Part shown: piece after piece, positions 9,472 through 17,978 of the stretch
How positions within the stretch are numbered: position 1 is the stretch's first letter
Layout of the letters: every line of letters begins with the position of its first letter
Assembly (NCBI GenBank): GCA_964291295.2
Contig: OZ219754.1
Coordinates: 1,920,001 to 1,984,000, forward strand
Direction of reading: 5' to 3'
Length of the DNA stretch: 64,000 nt
From: an uncultured Candidatus Binatia bacterium
GTDB taxonomy: Bacteria > Desulfobacterota > Binatia > UBA9968 > JAJDTQ01
Program-made: the position numbers and the translations under genes
The notes under the pieces: generated by a model
Seen by the model: the letters and a program-made list of their open reading frames with translations, nothing else
What the model was told of the DNA's origin: nothing
The model's database searches: none

Positions 9472-10659
9472 ATGAACGCCAACGAAGCGGCACAACGCAT
9501 TGAGGAAGCGCTGGACGACGGCGAACTCCGGCGTCTCCTGGTGAAGCTGCTGCAGACTCCCAGTCCCCAGACCGAGCTGCTGGAGAGGGAACCGCAGGTG
9601 CAGGCGCTCATCCGCGACGTGGTGCGGCCCGAACTCGAGGCCGATGGCGTGCAAGCCGCCATTGACGACATGGGCAATCTGACGGCGCGGTTGCCGGGCC
9701 AGGGCAAGGCGCCGGGTCTGGTGCTGGTGTCGTACGCCATGAACGCCGCACCCGGCACCATGCCCGATCCGTACTCCGGGAAGATCGTGGACGGCACGCC
9801 CTATGGACTCCAGGGGCCGTGCGGCTGGGGGCGCGGTGCGTGCGAGCAGAAGGGCAGCCTGGCGGCCATGCTGAGCGCGGTGAAGCTTGTCGCCCGGAGC
9901 GGATGGAAGCTGCCCGGCGACCTCTTCTTCGTCACCAGCACCGCCGGGGAAAGCGGCAAGCACGAATCCCTGGACTACGTGCTGTCGGGCGGCGTCATCG
10001 ACGCGGACTGGGGCCTCATCGACGGTCCGCCGGAGATCCAGTTGGGCAACAAGGGCCGCATCGACGTGCGCATTGTCGTGCGCGGCCGCGCCGCCCACAG
10101 CAGCCGCCCGTGGGACGGCGTCAACGCGGTGGACGGCGCGGTCAAGGTGCTGGAGAGGCTGGCGCCGATGATGCCCTTTCCCGAGGACAAGCGGCACCCG
10201 GAGCTGGGCCGGGCGTCGCTGACGCCCACGGCCATCGAAAGCTACCCCAAATCGACCCACACCATTCCCGGCGAGTGCCGTATCCGGATGGACCGCCGGC
10301 TGTTGCCCGGCGATGACGCCGATCGGGCGGTGGCGCAGATTGCGGACGCCATTGGCCGCATCGAGCCCTGCGAGGTGGCGCTGGAAAAGGAAGCGTTCAT
10401 GTATCCGTGCGAGGTGGGGAGGGACGCCGGCGTGGTGGTGGCCTTGGGCGGCGCGATCCGGACCATGCTGGGCCGGGAGCCGGAATATTGTTTTTCCACC
10501 GCCGCCAACGACACCGGACTGCTCAACGTCCGGGGCATCGAGACCGTCAACTATGGCTCCCGGGCGGTGCGATTCCAGCACACGGACGCCGACCTGGTTC
10601 CGCTCAGGAGCGTCATCGAAGCGGCCAAGGTGTTCCTGTTCATGGCGCTGCACCGTTGA
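9472..10659 (+). CDS. M20/ArgE/DapE-family metallopeptidase or deacylase with atypical metal ligands
   Basis: 'GRGACEQKG', 'GRAAHSSRPWDGVNAV', 'IPGECRIRMDRRLLPG' and a C-terminal 'QHT'. Confidence 0.8.
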   Translation: MNANEAAQRIEEALDDGELRRLLVKLLQTPSPQTELLEREPQVQALIRDVVRPELEADGVQAAIDDMGNLTARLPGQGKAPGLVLVSYAMNAAPGTMPDPYSGKIVDGTPYGLQGPCGWGRGACEQKGSLAAMLSAVKLVARSGWKLPGDLFFVTSTAGESGKHESLDYVLSGGVIDADWGLIDGPPEIQLGNKGRIDVRIVVRGRAAHSSRPWDGVNAVDGAVKVLERLAPMMPFPEDKRHPELGRASLTPTAIESYPKSTHTIPGECRIRMDRRLLPGDDADRAVAQIADAIGRIEPCEVALEKEAFMYPCEVGRDAGVVVALGGAIRTMLGREPEYCFSTAANDTGLLNVRGIETVNYGSRAVRFQHTDADLVPLRSVIEAAKVFLFMALHR

Positions 10660-10675
10660 CGCCGGCCCGGGCGCC

Positions 10676-10725
10676 GTCATTCCCGCACAAGCGGGGGTCC
10701 GGGGGTGGCAGGGCTTCGGAATGAC
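10676..10725. repeat. Degenerate REP-like palindromic element
   Basis: gtcattcc...ggaatgac outer arms around an inner cccgc-acaa-gcggg hairpin. Resembles the widespread GTCATTCCCGC..GCGGGAAT repeat family. Confidence 0.5.
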
Positions 10726-11032
10726 CGCAGCCGCTCTTGGGAAAGTCCGATCAGGGCGCTGGCGCGATATTCAACTGCTCGCAACCTGTTGATTTCATTG
10801 ATTCAGCCCCAGCGAACGCAGGGCTTTTCAGACCTTTCCTTGGGGTCGAGGGGGGGTCAACCGGCCCCGAGGCCCGACGTCGCCACCGCGGGGCTCTGCC
10901 CGATTATCCGTGTAAAGCGGGGCTATGGGGGTTACGATGCTTGGTGTACGGCTTCACGAATTGGGCATGGTCCGCGACCGTGCCGAACGCACCCCAAGCG
11001 GAGGTGATTTGACAAAGCGGTTCGGGAGGCCA

Positions 11033-11061
11033 TTGAATTTTTGTTCAGTTATATGTAAAGT
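11033..11061 (+). promoter_or_regulatory. Putative sigma-70 promoter of the TAC operon
   Basis: TTGAAT-N17-TAAAGT in an AT-rich stretch just before the toxin gene. A TTGACA also occurs at 11009. Confidence 0.4.
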
Positions 11062-11070
11062 GGTTGAGGT

Positions 11071-11451
11071 GTGGTTTCTCCAATTGCAGTTGAGTCGTAT
11101 TACAGCGTAGTTTGGGCGGTGGATGCGTCCAGAAAGAGTCCAGCCCGCAACTTCTTTTCGGGGTTGACCAGAGAGGAGCAAGCGAAGGTTCTGGCGCTTT
11201 TCAGACGATTGGCCGAGCACGGTCATATCAAGAATCGAGAGCGGTTCAAGAAACTCGAAGTGAATGGCGGGACGCTATGGGAGTTCAAGTCATTTCAGCT
11301 CAGGTTCATTGGGGACTTTCGTCCCGGAAAAGTGTTCGTCGTGGCCTATGGCCTTCGGAAGAAGTCTTCCAAGCATAAACCAAGGGATCTGAAGACGGCT
11401 GCGAGAATACTTGACGAAGACTGTGCAAGGAGGAAAGGAAATTATGGATGA
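11071..11451 (+). CDS. RelE/HigB-like (Gp49-type) toxin of a toxin-antitoxin-chaperone module
   Basis: 126 aa basic protein with 'SPARNFF..L', 'FKKL', 'LWEFK..QLRF', 'VVAYGLRKKS.K'. Overlaps the downstream HTH gene in toxin-first order. Confidence 0.85.
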   Translation: MVSPIAVESYYSVVWAVDASRKSPARNFFSGLTREEQAKVLALFRRLAEHGHIKNRERFKKLEVNGGTLWEFKSFQLRFIGDFRPGKVFVVAYGLRKKSSKHKPRDLKTAARILDEDCARRKGNYG

Positions 11452-11725
11452 CGAGAACCTCGTCCTGCTTCGACAGGAAGAGTTGATTCTGGATGTGACC
11501 GAAGCTCTGGTGGGGGCACTGCAAGACGCCAACGTAAGCCGAAAGGAACTGGCCGATCGTCTTGGCCGTACGCCCGGCTACGTGTCCCAAGTGTTGGGGG
11601 GTGGCAGGAATCTGACGCTCCGAACGGTGTCCGATATCGCACTCGCACTGGGGGTGAAGCCTGTCTTCGGGGTCTCTCTGGATGCGCGTCAGTCCTTTGA
11701 TGGGTTGCCGGATGCCTCTGAGTGA
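11444..11725 (+). CDS. XRE-family HTH antitoxin (HigA-like); reading frame continues past TGA to 11836
   Basis: HTH 'VSRKELADRLGRTPGYVSQVLGGGRNLTLRTVSDIALALG'. RBS AGGA before ATG 11444, overlapping the toxin stop. Confidence 0.85.
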   Translation: MDDENLVLLRQEELILDVTEALVGALQDANVSRKELADRLGRTPGYVSQVLGGGRNLTLRTVSDIALALGVKPVFGVSLDARQSFDGLPDASE

Positions 11726-11863
11726 CCGCTGGCGGCTCAGCAATGGCTGCGACAGGATCCTCGATGGGAGGCATCGTTCGCTGATGACCGATCCTGTACC
11801 CCCTGTTACGATCCCGGCCAGCTTTGCGCAGCTTAGCAACATTGGCAGGACTCTACGATTGAC

Positions 11864-12322
11864 ATGTCTGAACTACCGAAAGTCGCTTCGGTCGCACAGT
11901 TCCAGAGCGTGAGGCTCAGCGATGGCAGTTTCCGTTCGATAAGGATTTCCGAAGCTGCGGATGAGGTTACGATTAGTTTGTCGCATGATGCCGTAGTCCT
12001 GGCGGAGCCCCGAGACGGAGCCCCGTTTCTTGTGGAAGTACGCTTCAGGTTTGAAGCTCTGGGGAAGGACGACGGTAAAAGGAGCAAAAGCAACAGGAAA
12101 CAGGCAGAAATTCAGGGGACGTTTGAATTGACATATCGGCTCCCGGACGGCGAGGCCTTCTCAATGGATGACTTGACAGCCTTTGGTCAAGTCAACGCCG
12201 TGTTCAACGCGTGGCCTTATTGGCGTGAGTATGTTCAGTCTTCTTTGGCTCGAATGTCGATGCCCATTGTGACAATTCCACTCTTCCGAGTGGAAGCCAC
12301 CAAACCGGAATCCACCAAATAG
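11864..12322 (+). CDS. SecB-like chaperone (TAC chaperone)
   Basis: 152 aa. C-terminal 'NAVFNAWPYWREYVQSSLARMSMPIVTIP' parallels the SecB signature (N..aiLfPY.Re.i......g.Ppl.lp), preceded by alternating beta-strand segments. Confidence 0.8.
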   Translation: MSELPKVASVAQFQSVRLSDGSFRSIRISEAADEVTISLSHDAVVLAEPRDGAPFLVEVRFRFEALGKDDGKRSKSNRKQAEIQGTFELTYRLPDGEAFSMDDLTAFGQVNAVFNAWPYWREYVQSSLARMSMPIVTIPLFRVEATKPESTK

Positions 12323-12349
12323 CGCCAGCCGGTGACCTCTTCTGGATTC

Positions 12350-13099
12350 TCAGTTGTTCTTGTTCGCGATCAGGACGACGTCCGGGGACGGGGCGATGCG
12401 GGGCTGGATCTCCAGCCGCACGGCCTCCCTGAGAGCGATCCCCTGTACGGTCACGCGGGCCCGGTAGGGGTATATCTCCACCCCGGCGCGGGCCGCGCGG
12501 CGCAGCCAGCGGCCGTATGCCGCATCGATCTCGTCGGCGGGCCTGAAGGAGGCGCACGGTCCACGCTGGATGATGAACAGCAGCACGGCGCGATGGCCCC
12601 GCCGCCGCAGCCGGATGAGTTCCTTGAGGTGCCGGGTGCCGCGCTCGCTGACGGCGTCCGGGAAGAGGGCGACCCGGTCCACCATCAGCGTCACGTTCTT
12701 TACTTCCACGTAGCATAGCTGCGAGGGCTTCTCGAGAAGAAAGTCCAGCCGTGATCCCGGCCGGGTCGGCACCTCGGCACGGAGGCTCCGGTAGCCCTGC
12801 AACTCCCGGATCACGCCGGTCTCGATGCCCTCCCGCGCCAGTCGATTGGCCGCCAGGGTATTGATTCCCACCAGGCTGCGGCCCACCCGGATGAGTTCCC
12901 AGGTATAGGGAAGCCTGCGGTTCCTGCCGTGTTGTTCCGAGAGCCAGACCGGGCTGCCGGGCGCGCTGCAGCCCTTCATGCTGCCGGTGTTGGCGCAGTG
13001 GGCGGTCACCACCGTGCCGTCGTCGAGATGAACGTCCGCGAGAAATCGCTTGTAGCGCCGAATCAGGGTTCCGGGCACGAGCGGACGGGAAAAACGCAT
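12350..13099 (-). CDS. sfsA: Sugar fermentation stimulation protein / DNA-RNA nuclease SfsA
   Basis: 'RRYKRFLADV', 'HCANTGSM', 'SRLDFLL', 'YVEVKNVT', 'FPDAVSERGTRHL'. Confidence 0.95.
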   Translation of the reverse strand: MRFSRPLVPGTLIRRYKRFLADVHLDDGTVVTAHCANTGSMKGCSAPGSPVWLSEQHGRNRRLPYTWELIRVGRSLVGINTLAANRLAREGIETGVIRELQGYRSLRAEVPTRPGSRLDFLLEKPSQLCYVEVKNVTLMVDRVALFPDAVSERGTRHLKELIRLRRRGHRAVLLFIIQRGPCASFRPADEIDAAYGRWLRRAARAGVEIYPYRARVTVQGIALREAVRLEIQPRIAPSPDVVLIANKNN

Positions 13100-13110
13100 G
13101 GCGGGGGCCG

Positions 13111-13132
13111 CTTCACGAGGACTTCACGAGGA
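13111..13132. repeat. 11-bp tandem direct repeat upstream of sfsA
   Basis: cttcacgagga twice in tandem, 11 nt before the sfsA start codon. Confidence 0.6.
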
Positions 13133-13215
13133 CAAGGGGAAAGCGCACACGGCCGTGTCGCGCCCTCCGGCGCGCGTCCGTCGTTCCCGGGTATTCGGGA
13201 GTCGGGCGGCAACTC

Positions 13216-14085
13216 CTATCCGCCCTTGCCGGCGAGGCACTGCCTGGCCGCACGGCGCAGCAGTACGCCGATGAGGTGGCGTTTGTACTCCGCGCTGCCT
13301 TCGCGATCATCGGTGAGCGCGGCCTCGTCGGCGAGGGCGCCGGCGGCCTCCTGGAGCCGCGGGTCGAGGGCATCCGCCGGGCCGTCGAGGAGGGTTTCGG
13401 CTGTCGTGGAGCGACAGGGCGTGGGGCTGACGCAGCCCACGGCGCAACGGGCCTGGCGGATCTCCCCGTCGTTGTCGAGATCCAGGGACAGCGCCAGCCC
13501 CAGCAGCGGCCGCTCATGGACCTGGAACTTGAGGTAGGCGACGCGCTGCGACGGCCTCGGCACCGGCACGTCCACGCCGGTCAGGACCTCGTCCGGGGCC
13601 AGGGAATTCTCGTAGGCGCCCGCCAGAAGCTCCTCCACGGACAGGGTCCGTGCGCCCGCCCTGCCCTGTGCGTGGACGGTGGCGCACAGGGCGGACAGCA
13701 GCGTGGCGGGGTCGGAGTGGGGCTCGGCAAAGCAAAGATTCCCGCCCAGCGTGCCGGCGGCGCGCACCCGCACGTTGGCCACATTGGCTGCCATCTCGGC
13801 CATGACCGGCAGCCACTCGCGGACGACGGCGGAGCGCTCGATGGTCCGGTGCGTTGTGGCGGCGCCGATGTGCAGGTGCGAGTCGCGGCGCTCGATGCCG
13901 TCCAGGCCGGCCACGGCCTTGATGTCGATGAGGTGCGGATACCGCAGCAGGTCGTGCCGCATGGCCAGCAGAAGCTCGGTGCCGCCGGCATACCGCGTGC
14001 CGTTCTCGCCGTAGTGCGCGAGCATCTCCGTGGCTTCCCGCAGATGGGCCGGCCGGTGAATGACGAAACGGCGCAATGGCATCAT
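13216..14085 (-). CDS. Molybdenum hydroxylase FAD-binding subunit (CoxM/XdhB-like)
   Basis: 'AGGTELL', 'GTLGGNLCFAEPHSD', 'GSAEYKRHL'. Confidence 0.92.
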   Translation of the reverse strand: MMPLRRFVIHRPAHLREATEMLAHYGENGTRYAGGTELLLAMRHDLLRYPHLIDIKAVAGLDGIERRDSHLHIGAATTHRTIERSAVVREWLPVMAEMAANVANVRVRAAGTLGGNLCFAEPHSDPATLLSALCATVHAQGRAGARTLSVEELLAGAYENSLAPDEVLTGVDVPVPRPSQRVAYLKFQVHERPLLGLALSLDLDNDGEIRQARCAVGCVSPTPCRSTTAETLLDGPADALDPRLQEAAGALADEAALTDDREGSAEYKRHLIGVLLRRAARQCLAGKGG

Positions 14086-16382
14086 GGCTTGTGGTCTCCA
14101 CGGGCGCCGCGTGTTTCACGGATGGCGCGCCAGACCTTCTCCGGCGTAAGCGGCGCCCGGCGCACCCGCGCGCCCGTGGCGGCAAAGACCGCGTTGGCGA
14201 TGTTGGCGGGCAGCGAATTGAGCGACGCCTCGCCGCCGCCCTTGGCACCGTAGGGTCCCACCCCGTCGCGGTTTTCCACCAGTTCCAGTTTCACCGTCCG
14301 CGGCATGTCGGAAAAGCGCGGCAGGCGGTACTCGAGGAGGTTGCCGTTGAGAAGCTGGTTGCGGTCGAACTCCAGTTGCTCGAACATGCCGATGCCCATG
14401 CCGGTGACCGCGGCGCCGATGTCCTGACCCTCGGCCAGGGCCGGGTTGATGGCCAGGCCGACATCGCCGGCAGTGCCGAGCTTCTCCATCGTGACCTTGC
14501 CGGTCTCCTCGTCCACGGACACCTCGATGCCGGTGGATGCGGCTTCCCAGAACACCGGCAACTGGGCGAAATCGCCGTCCTTGCGGATGTAGGCGCGGCC
14601 GATGACCTCGCCGTCCGGGAGCCTGTAGTAGCGGGTCAGCACCTCGGACCAGTCGAGCCGTACCTCGCCGCAGGTGATGCCGCCGCGCACCGGCGTAATC
14701 TCCGACTCCTGGACTCCGAGCACGTCGGCCGCCATGCGGACCATCTGTTCCTTGGCCTCGCGGCTGGCCTCCTGCACGGCACGGCCCATGAGGGTGGTGG
14801 TGCGGCTGGCGCCGGTGGATCGGTCGTAGGGCGTGATGGCGGTGTCGGAAGCGACCACCCGGACCACGTCGAAGGGAACGCCGAGCTCTTCGGCGGCGAT
14901 CTGCGGCAGCACCGTGTGGCTGCCCTGACCCAGTTCGGTGCTGCCGATCATCAGCGACACCGAGCCGTCGGCGTGCACGCGCACGGCCGTGGAGGTGAGC
15001 GGGTAGGCGCCGGCATCGCTGGCGGAGCAGCCGATGCTGCGGCCGTGCCCCTCGGGCAGCGGTTCCTTCCAGCCCAGGTTGTCGGCGACGATCTTCAGAT
15101 CCTGGGTCAGGGTGCCGTCGAACGGACGCATGCCGGGAAAGAACGCTTGCCTGGGGCGCGCCACGTTGTCCAGGCGGAACTCGCAAGGATCCTTGCCGAT
15201 CCTGGCGGCCAGTTCGTCGATCTGCGACTCGCCTGCCATGGTCACCTGGGCGCAGCCGAAGCCTCGGAAGGAACTCGCCGGCACCGTGTTGGTGTACACC
15301 GAGTAGTTGTCGATGCGGACGTTGGGGATGGCATAGGGGCCGACGCAACGGTTGGACGACTTTTCGCACACCAGCGGGCTGTTCTCCGCGTAGGCGCCCG
15401 TGTTCATGTAGATCCTGGCCTGTCGCGCGATGATCTTGCCGTCGGCGTCCACCGCGGTGCGCATCCAGGTCAGCGCGTCGTCGCCGCGGGTGGTGAGCAT
15501 CGCCTCTTCCACGCTCAGTTGAAGCTTCACCGGCCGGCGCACCTTCCAGGCGCAGGCCGACACCAGCGGTTCGATCTTGGTGTACGATTTGCTGCCGTAG
15601 CCGCCGCCCACGAACGGCACGATGAGCCGGATCCGGCTCACCGGCATGTCGAAGACGGACTTGAGGTCGTGCCGCACCATGAAGGGGTGCTGGGCCGACG
15701 AGTAGAGGGTGACGCCGTTGTCGTCCACCTCGGCAATGGCCACGTAAGGTTCCATGGCGTAGGCGTAGGCCATGGGAAAGTAGTACTCGCCCTCCACCAC
15801 CGCGGCGGCCCTGGCGAACGCCGCGTCCACGTCGCCCCACTCCACATGGTGCTCCTGGCACAGGTTGGAGCCGCGGCCGGCGGTGACTTCGCCTTCGAAG
15901 CCGCGCAGCGCGCCGGCCTCGAACCGGCGTGCGTGCAACAGCGGCGCGTCCTTGTCCAAGGCCTCCCGGGGTTCCATCACCGCGGGCAGTTCCTGGTACT
16001 CCACGCGGATCGTCTCCAGCGCCTCGCAGGCGGTCAACTCATCCTCGGCGATGACGGCGGCCACCGGTTCGCCGGCATAGCGCACCTTGTCGATGGCAAT
16101 GAGCGGGTGGTCCTTGACGGCGTGACCGAAGTAGGGGTTCAGGCCCTCCAGGTCATCGCCCCGCAGCACGCCGAAGACTCCCGGTCGGGCCTCGGCCCGG
16201 GAGGTGTCCATGGAGACGATCCGGGCGTGGGCGTAGGGGCTCCGCAGCACCTTGGCCCAGGCCATGCCCGCGAGCCGGATGTCGCTCACGTAGAGCGCCC
16301 GCCCGGATACCTTGGCGCGGCCGTCGCGGCGCGGCACCGAGCGATTGACCACCTGGAAGTCGCCGCCCTTGTCGCCGCTCAT
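14082..16382 (-). CDS. Molybdenum hydroxylase molybdopterin-binding large subunit (xanthine dehydrogenase family)
   Basis: 'RSPYAHARI', 'GGGYGSK', 'SFRGFG', 'ELGQGSHT', 'GAKGGGE'. ATG at 16382 overlaps the small-subunit stop. Confidence 0.92.
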   Translation of the reverse strand: MSGDKGGDFQVVNRSVPRRDGRAKVSGRALYVSDIRLAGMAWAKVLRSPYAHARIVSMDTSRAEARPGVFGVLRGDDLEGLNPYFGHAVKDHPLIAIDKVRYAGEPVAAVIAEDELTACEALETIRVEYQELPAVMEPREALDKDAPLLHARRFEAGALRGFEGEVTAGRGSNLCQEHHVEWGDVDAAFARAAAVVEGEYYFPMAYAYAMEPYVAIAEVDDNGVTLYSSAQHPFMVRHDLKSVFDMPVSRIRLIVPFVGGGYGSKSYTKIEPLVSACAWKVRRPVKLQLSVEEAMLTTRGDDALTWMRTAVDADGKIIARQARIYMNTGAYAENSPLVCEKSSNRCVGPYAIPNVRIDNYSVYTNTVPASSFRGFGCAQVTMAGESQIDELAARIGKDPCEFRLDNVARPRQAFFPGMRPFDGTLTQDLKIVADNLGWKEPLPEGHGRSIGCSASDAGAYPLTSTAVRVHADGSVSLMIGSTELGQGSHTVLPQIAAEELGVPFDVVRVVASDTAITPYDRSTGASRTTTLMGRAVQEASREAKEQMVRMAADVLGVQESEITPVRGGITCGEVRLDWSEVLTRYYRLPDGEVIGRAYIRKDGDFAQLPVFWEAASTGIEVSVDEETGKVTMEKLGTAGDVGLAINPALAEGQDIGAAVTGMGIGMFEQLEFDRNQLLNGNLLEYRLPRFSDMPRTVKLELVENRDGVGPYGAKGGGEASLNSLPANIANAVFAATGARVRRAPLTPEKVWRAIRETRGARGDHKP

Positions 16383-16882
16383 GGGCGCGCCTCCTCCTTC
16401 ATAATCGCCGCCGCCTTGCGTATGGCCTTCAGGATCGGCAGGTATCCGGTGCAGCGGCAGAGGTTGCCGTCCATGTGGTGGATGATCTCGTCGTCGGTGG
16501 GGGCGGGGTTGTCGTCGAGCAGCGCCTTGGCGGAGAGGATCATGCCCGGCGTGCAGAAGCCGCACTGGAACGCGAACTCGTCGATGAAGCACTGCTGGAT
16601 GGGGTGCAGTGTGCGGTCGGCGTCCTCCAGCCCTTCGATGGTGGTGACGCTGCGTCCCCGGGCTTCATAGGCCAGGCAGGTGCAGGAACTCACCGGCAGG
16701 CCGTCCACCAGCACCGTGCACGCCCCGCACACCTGCACCTCGCAGGATATCTTGGTACCGGTGAGATTCAGACGGTTCCGGAGTACCTCCGACAGGGTCT
16801 GCTGCGGCTCGCACTCCACGGCCACGTCCTTGCCGTTGAGTTCGAAGCGCAGGTCCACGATGGTTGGTGACGGCTTAGACAT
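16379..16882 (-). CDS. Molybdenum hydroxylase [2Fe-2S] small subunit (CoxS-like)
   Basis: 'C-x4-CGAC', 'QCGFCTPG', 'GNLCRCTGY'. Confidence 0.95.
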   Translation of the reverse strand: MSKPSPTIVDLRFELNGKDVAVECEPQQTLSEVLRNRLNLTGTKISCEVQVCGACTVLVDGLPVSSCTCLAYEARGRSVTTIEGLEDADRTLHPIQQCFIDEFAFQCGFCTPGMILSAKALLDDNPAPTDDEIIHHMDGNLCRCTGYLPILKAIRKAAAIMKEEARP

Positions 16883-17897
16883 AGTGCGGCAGGATCTCCT
16901 CCGACCAGAGCAGCATTTCCTTGTGCAGGGTATCCATGTCCGGGTAGATGAGCTTGAGTTCGAAGTGCTGCACGCCGGCTTCGATGAACTCGTCGATGCG
17001 GCGCCGGACGTCGTCCACCGAGCCTATGATGTGGCGGTCCAGGGCGAACTGGATGTTGTCCACGTCGCGTTCGTAGGTGTGGGAACTCTCGCGGATGGTG
17101 GGCAGCGCCAAGGTCATGGCCTCGTCCCGGGTCCGGGCGATGGCGGCGAGCTTCTCCACCGCGATCCTGATGCCGGCGGGATCCCGGCCGGCGTCCTCGG
17201 CCGCGTTGCGAAGGAGTTCGCAGCCCCGGGCCATCTCCCCGGGTGAAAGCCACCCGGGGATCCAGCCCTCGCCGTAGCGTCCGGCCCGAACCGCAGCCTG
17301 GTCCATCCAGCCTCCCACCCACACCGGGGGATGAGGTTGCTGCACCGGCTTGGGGTGTATCTCGGCATTGTCGAACTTGAGGTATTTGCCCTGGTAGGAG
17401 GCCATGGGCTGGGTCCAGATGGCCTTCATGGCCTCGATGTACTCGTCGGTGCGGTGGCCCCGGCCCTTGACGGGTACCTCGAAGACGTCGAACTCGCTGG
17501 AGTCCCGCGTTGCCTTGGAGCCCAGACCTACGCCCACCAGCAGCCGCCCGTCGCACAGATGGTCCAGGGTGGCGCACTGCTTGGCGGCGTAGATGGGGTT
17601 GCGCAGCGGCATCACCAGGCAGGCCACGCCGATCCGGATGTTCCGGGTCTTGGCCGCCAGGTACGACATGGTGGTCATGCACTCGAAGAAGTTGGCATCC
17701 TGGGCGTCGGTGAGGGCCTCGGCGGCGCCCGAAGAGATGTGGTGCCGGTGCATCTCAGAGCTCCACACCACGTGGTCGTGGAGCCAGATGGTGTCGAAGC
17801 CCAATTCCTCGGAATCCTGCGCTGCCTTGACGATGTTCTCCTTGCTGGAGAGCGGACCCGAGTTGGGCACCCGGATTCCGAATTCGAACTTGTCCAT
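16875..17897 (-). CDS. Luciferase-like (LLM class) flavin/F420-dependent oxidoreductase
   Basis: 'GFDTIWLHDH', 'PLRNPIYAAKQCATLDHL..GRL', 'PKPVQQPHPPVWVGG'. Confidence 0.9.
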   Translation of the reverse strand: MDKFEFGIRVPNSGPLSSKENIVKAAQDSEELGFDTIWLHDHVVWSSEMHRHHISSGAAEALTDAQDANFFECMTTMSYLAAKTRNIRIGVACLVMPLRNPIYAAKQCATLDHLCDGRLLVGVGLGSKATRDSSEFDVFEVPVKGRGHRTDEYIEAMKAIWTQPMASYQGKYLKFDNAEIHPKPVQQPHPPVWVGGWMDQAAVRAGRYGEGWIPGWLSPGEMARGCELLRNAAEDAGRDPAGIRIAVEKLAAIARTRDEAMTLALPTIRESSHTYERDVDNIQFALDRHIIGSVDDVRRRIDEFIEAGVQHFELKLIYPDMDTLHKEMLLWSEEILPHYV

Positions 17898-17978
17898 GGT
17901 CGGATCCTCCAGGGTTTTCCTGGCTGCGCGAAGCCCGCCAAGGGCGTAGCGCGGTGAAATCGAGCGACGTCGAGAGTC

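Noticed and set aside
10780-10870. tRNA fragment or att site at the left edge of the TAC islet
   Set aside because: No cloverleaf or T-loop consensus, no matching direct repeat on the right side, and no integrase.
11682-11912. 76-aa ORF as a fourth TAC gene
   Set aside because: It overlaps both the antitoxin and the chaperone and has no RBS or motif. The in-frame antitoxin tail explains the interval better.
13216-16882. Aerobic CO dehydrogenase (coxMSL)
   Set aside because: The active-site loop is SFRGFG, not AYxCSFR, and no cox accessory genes are present.
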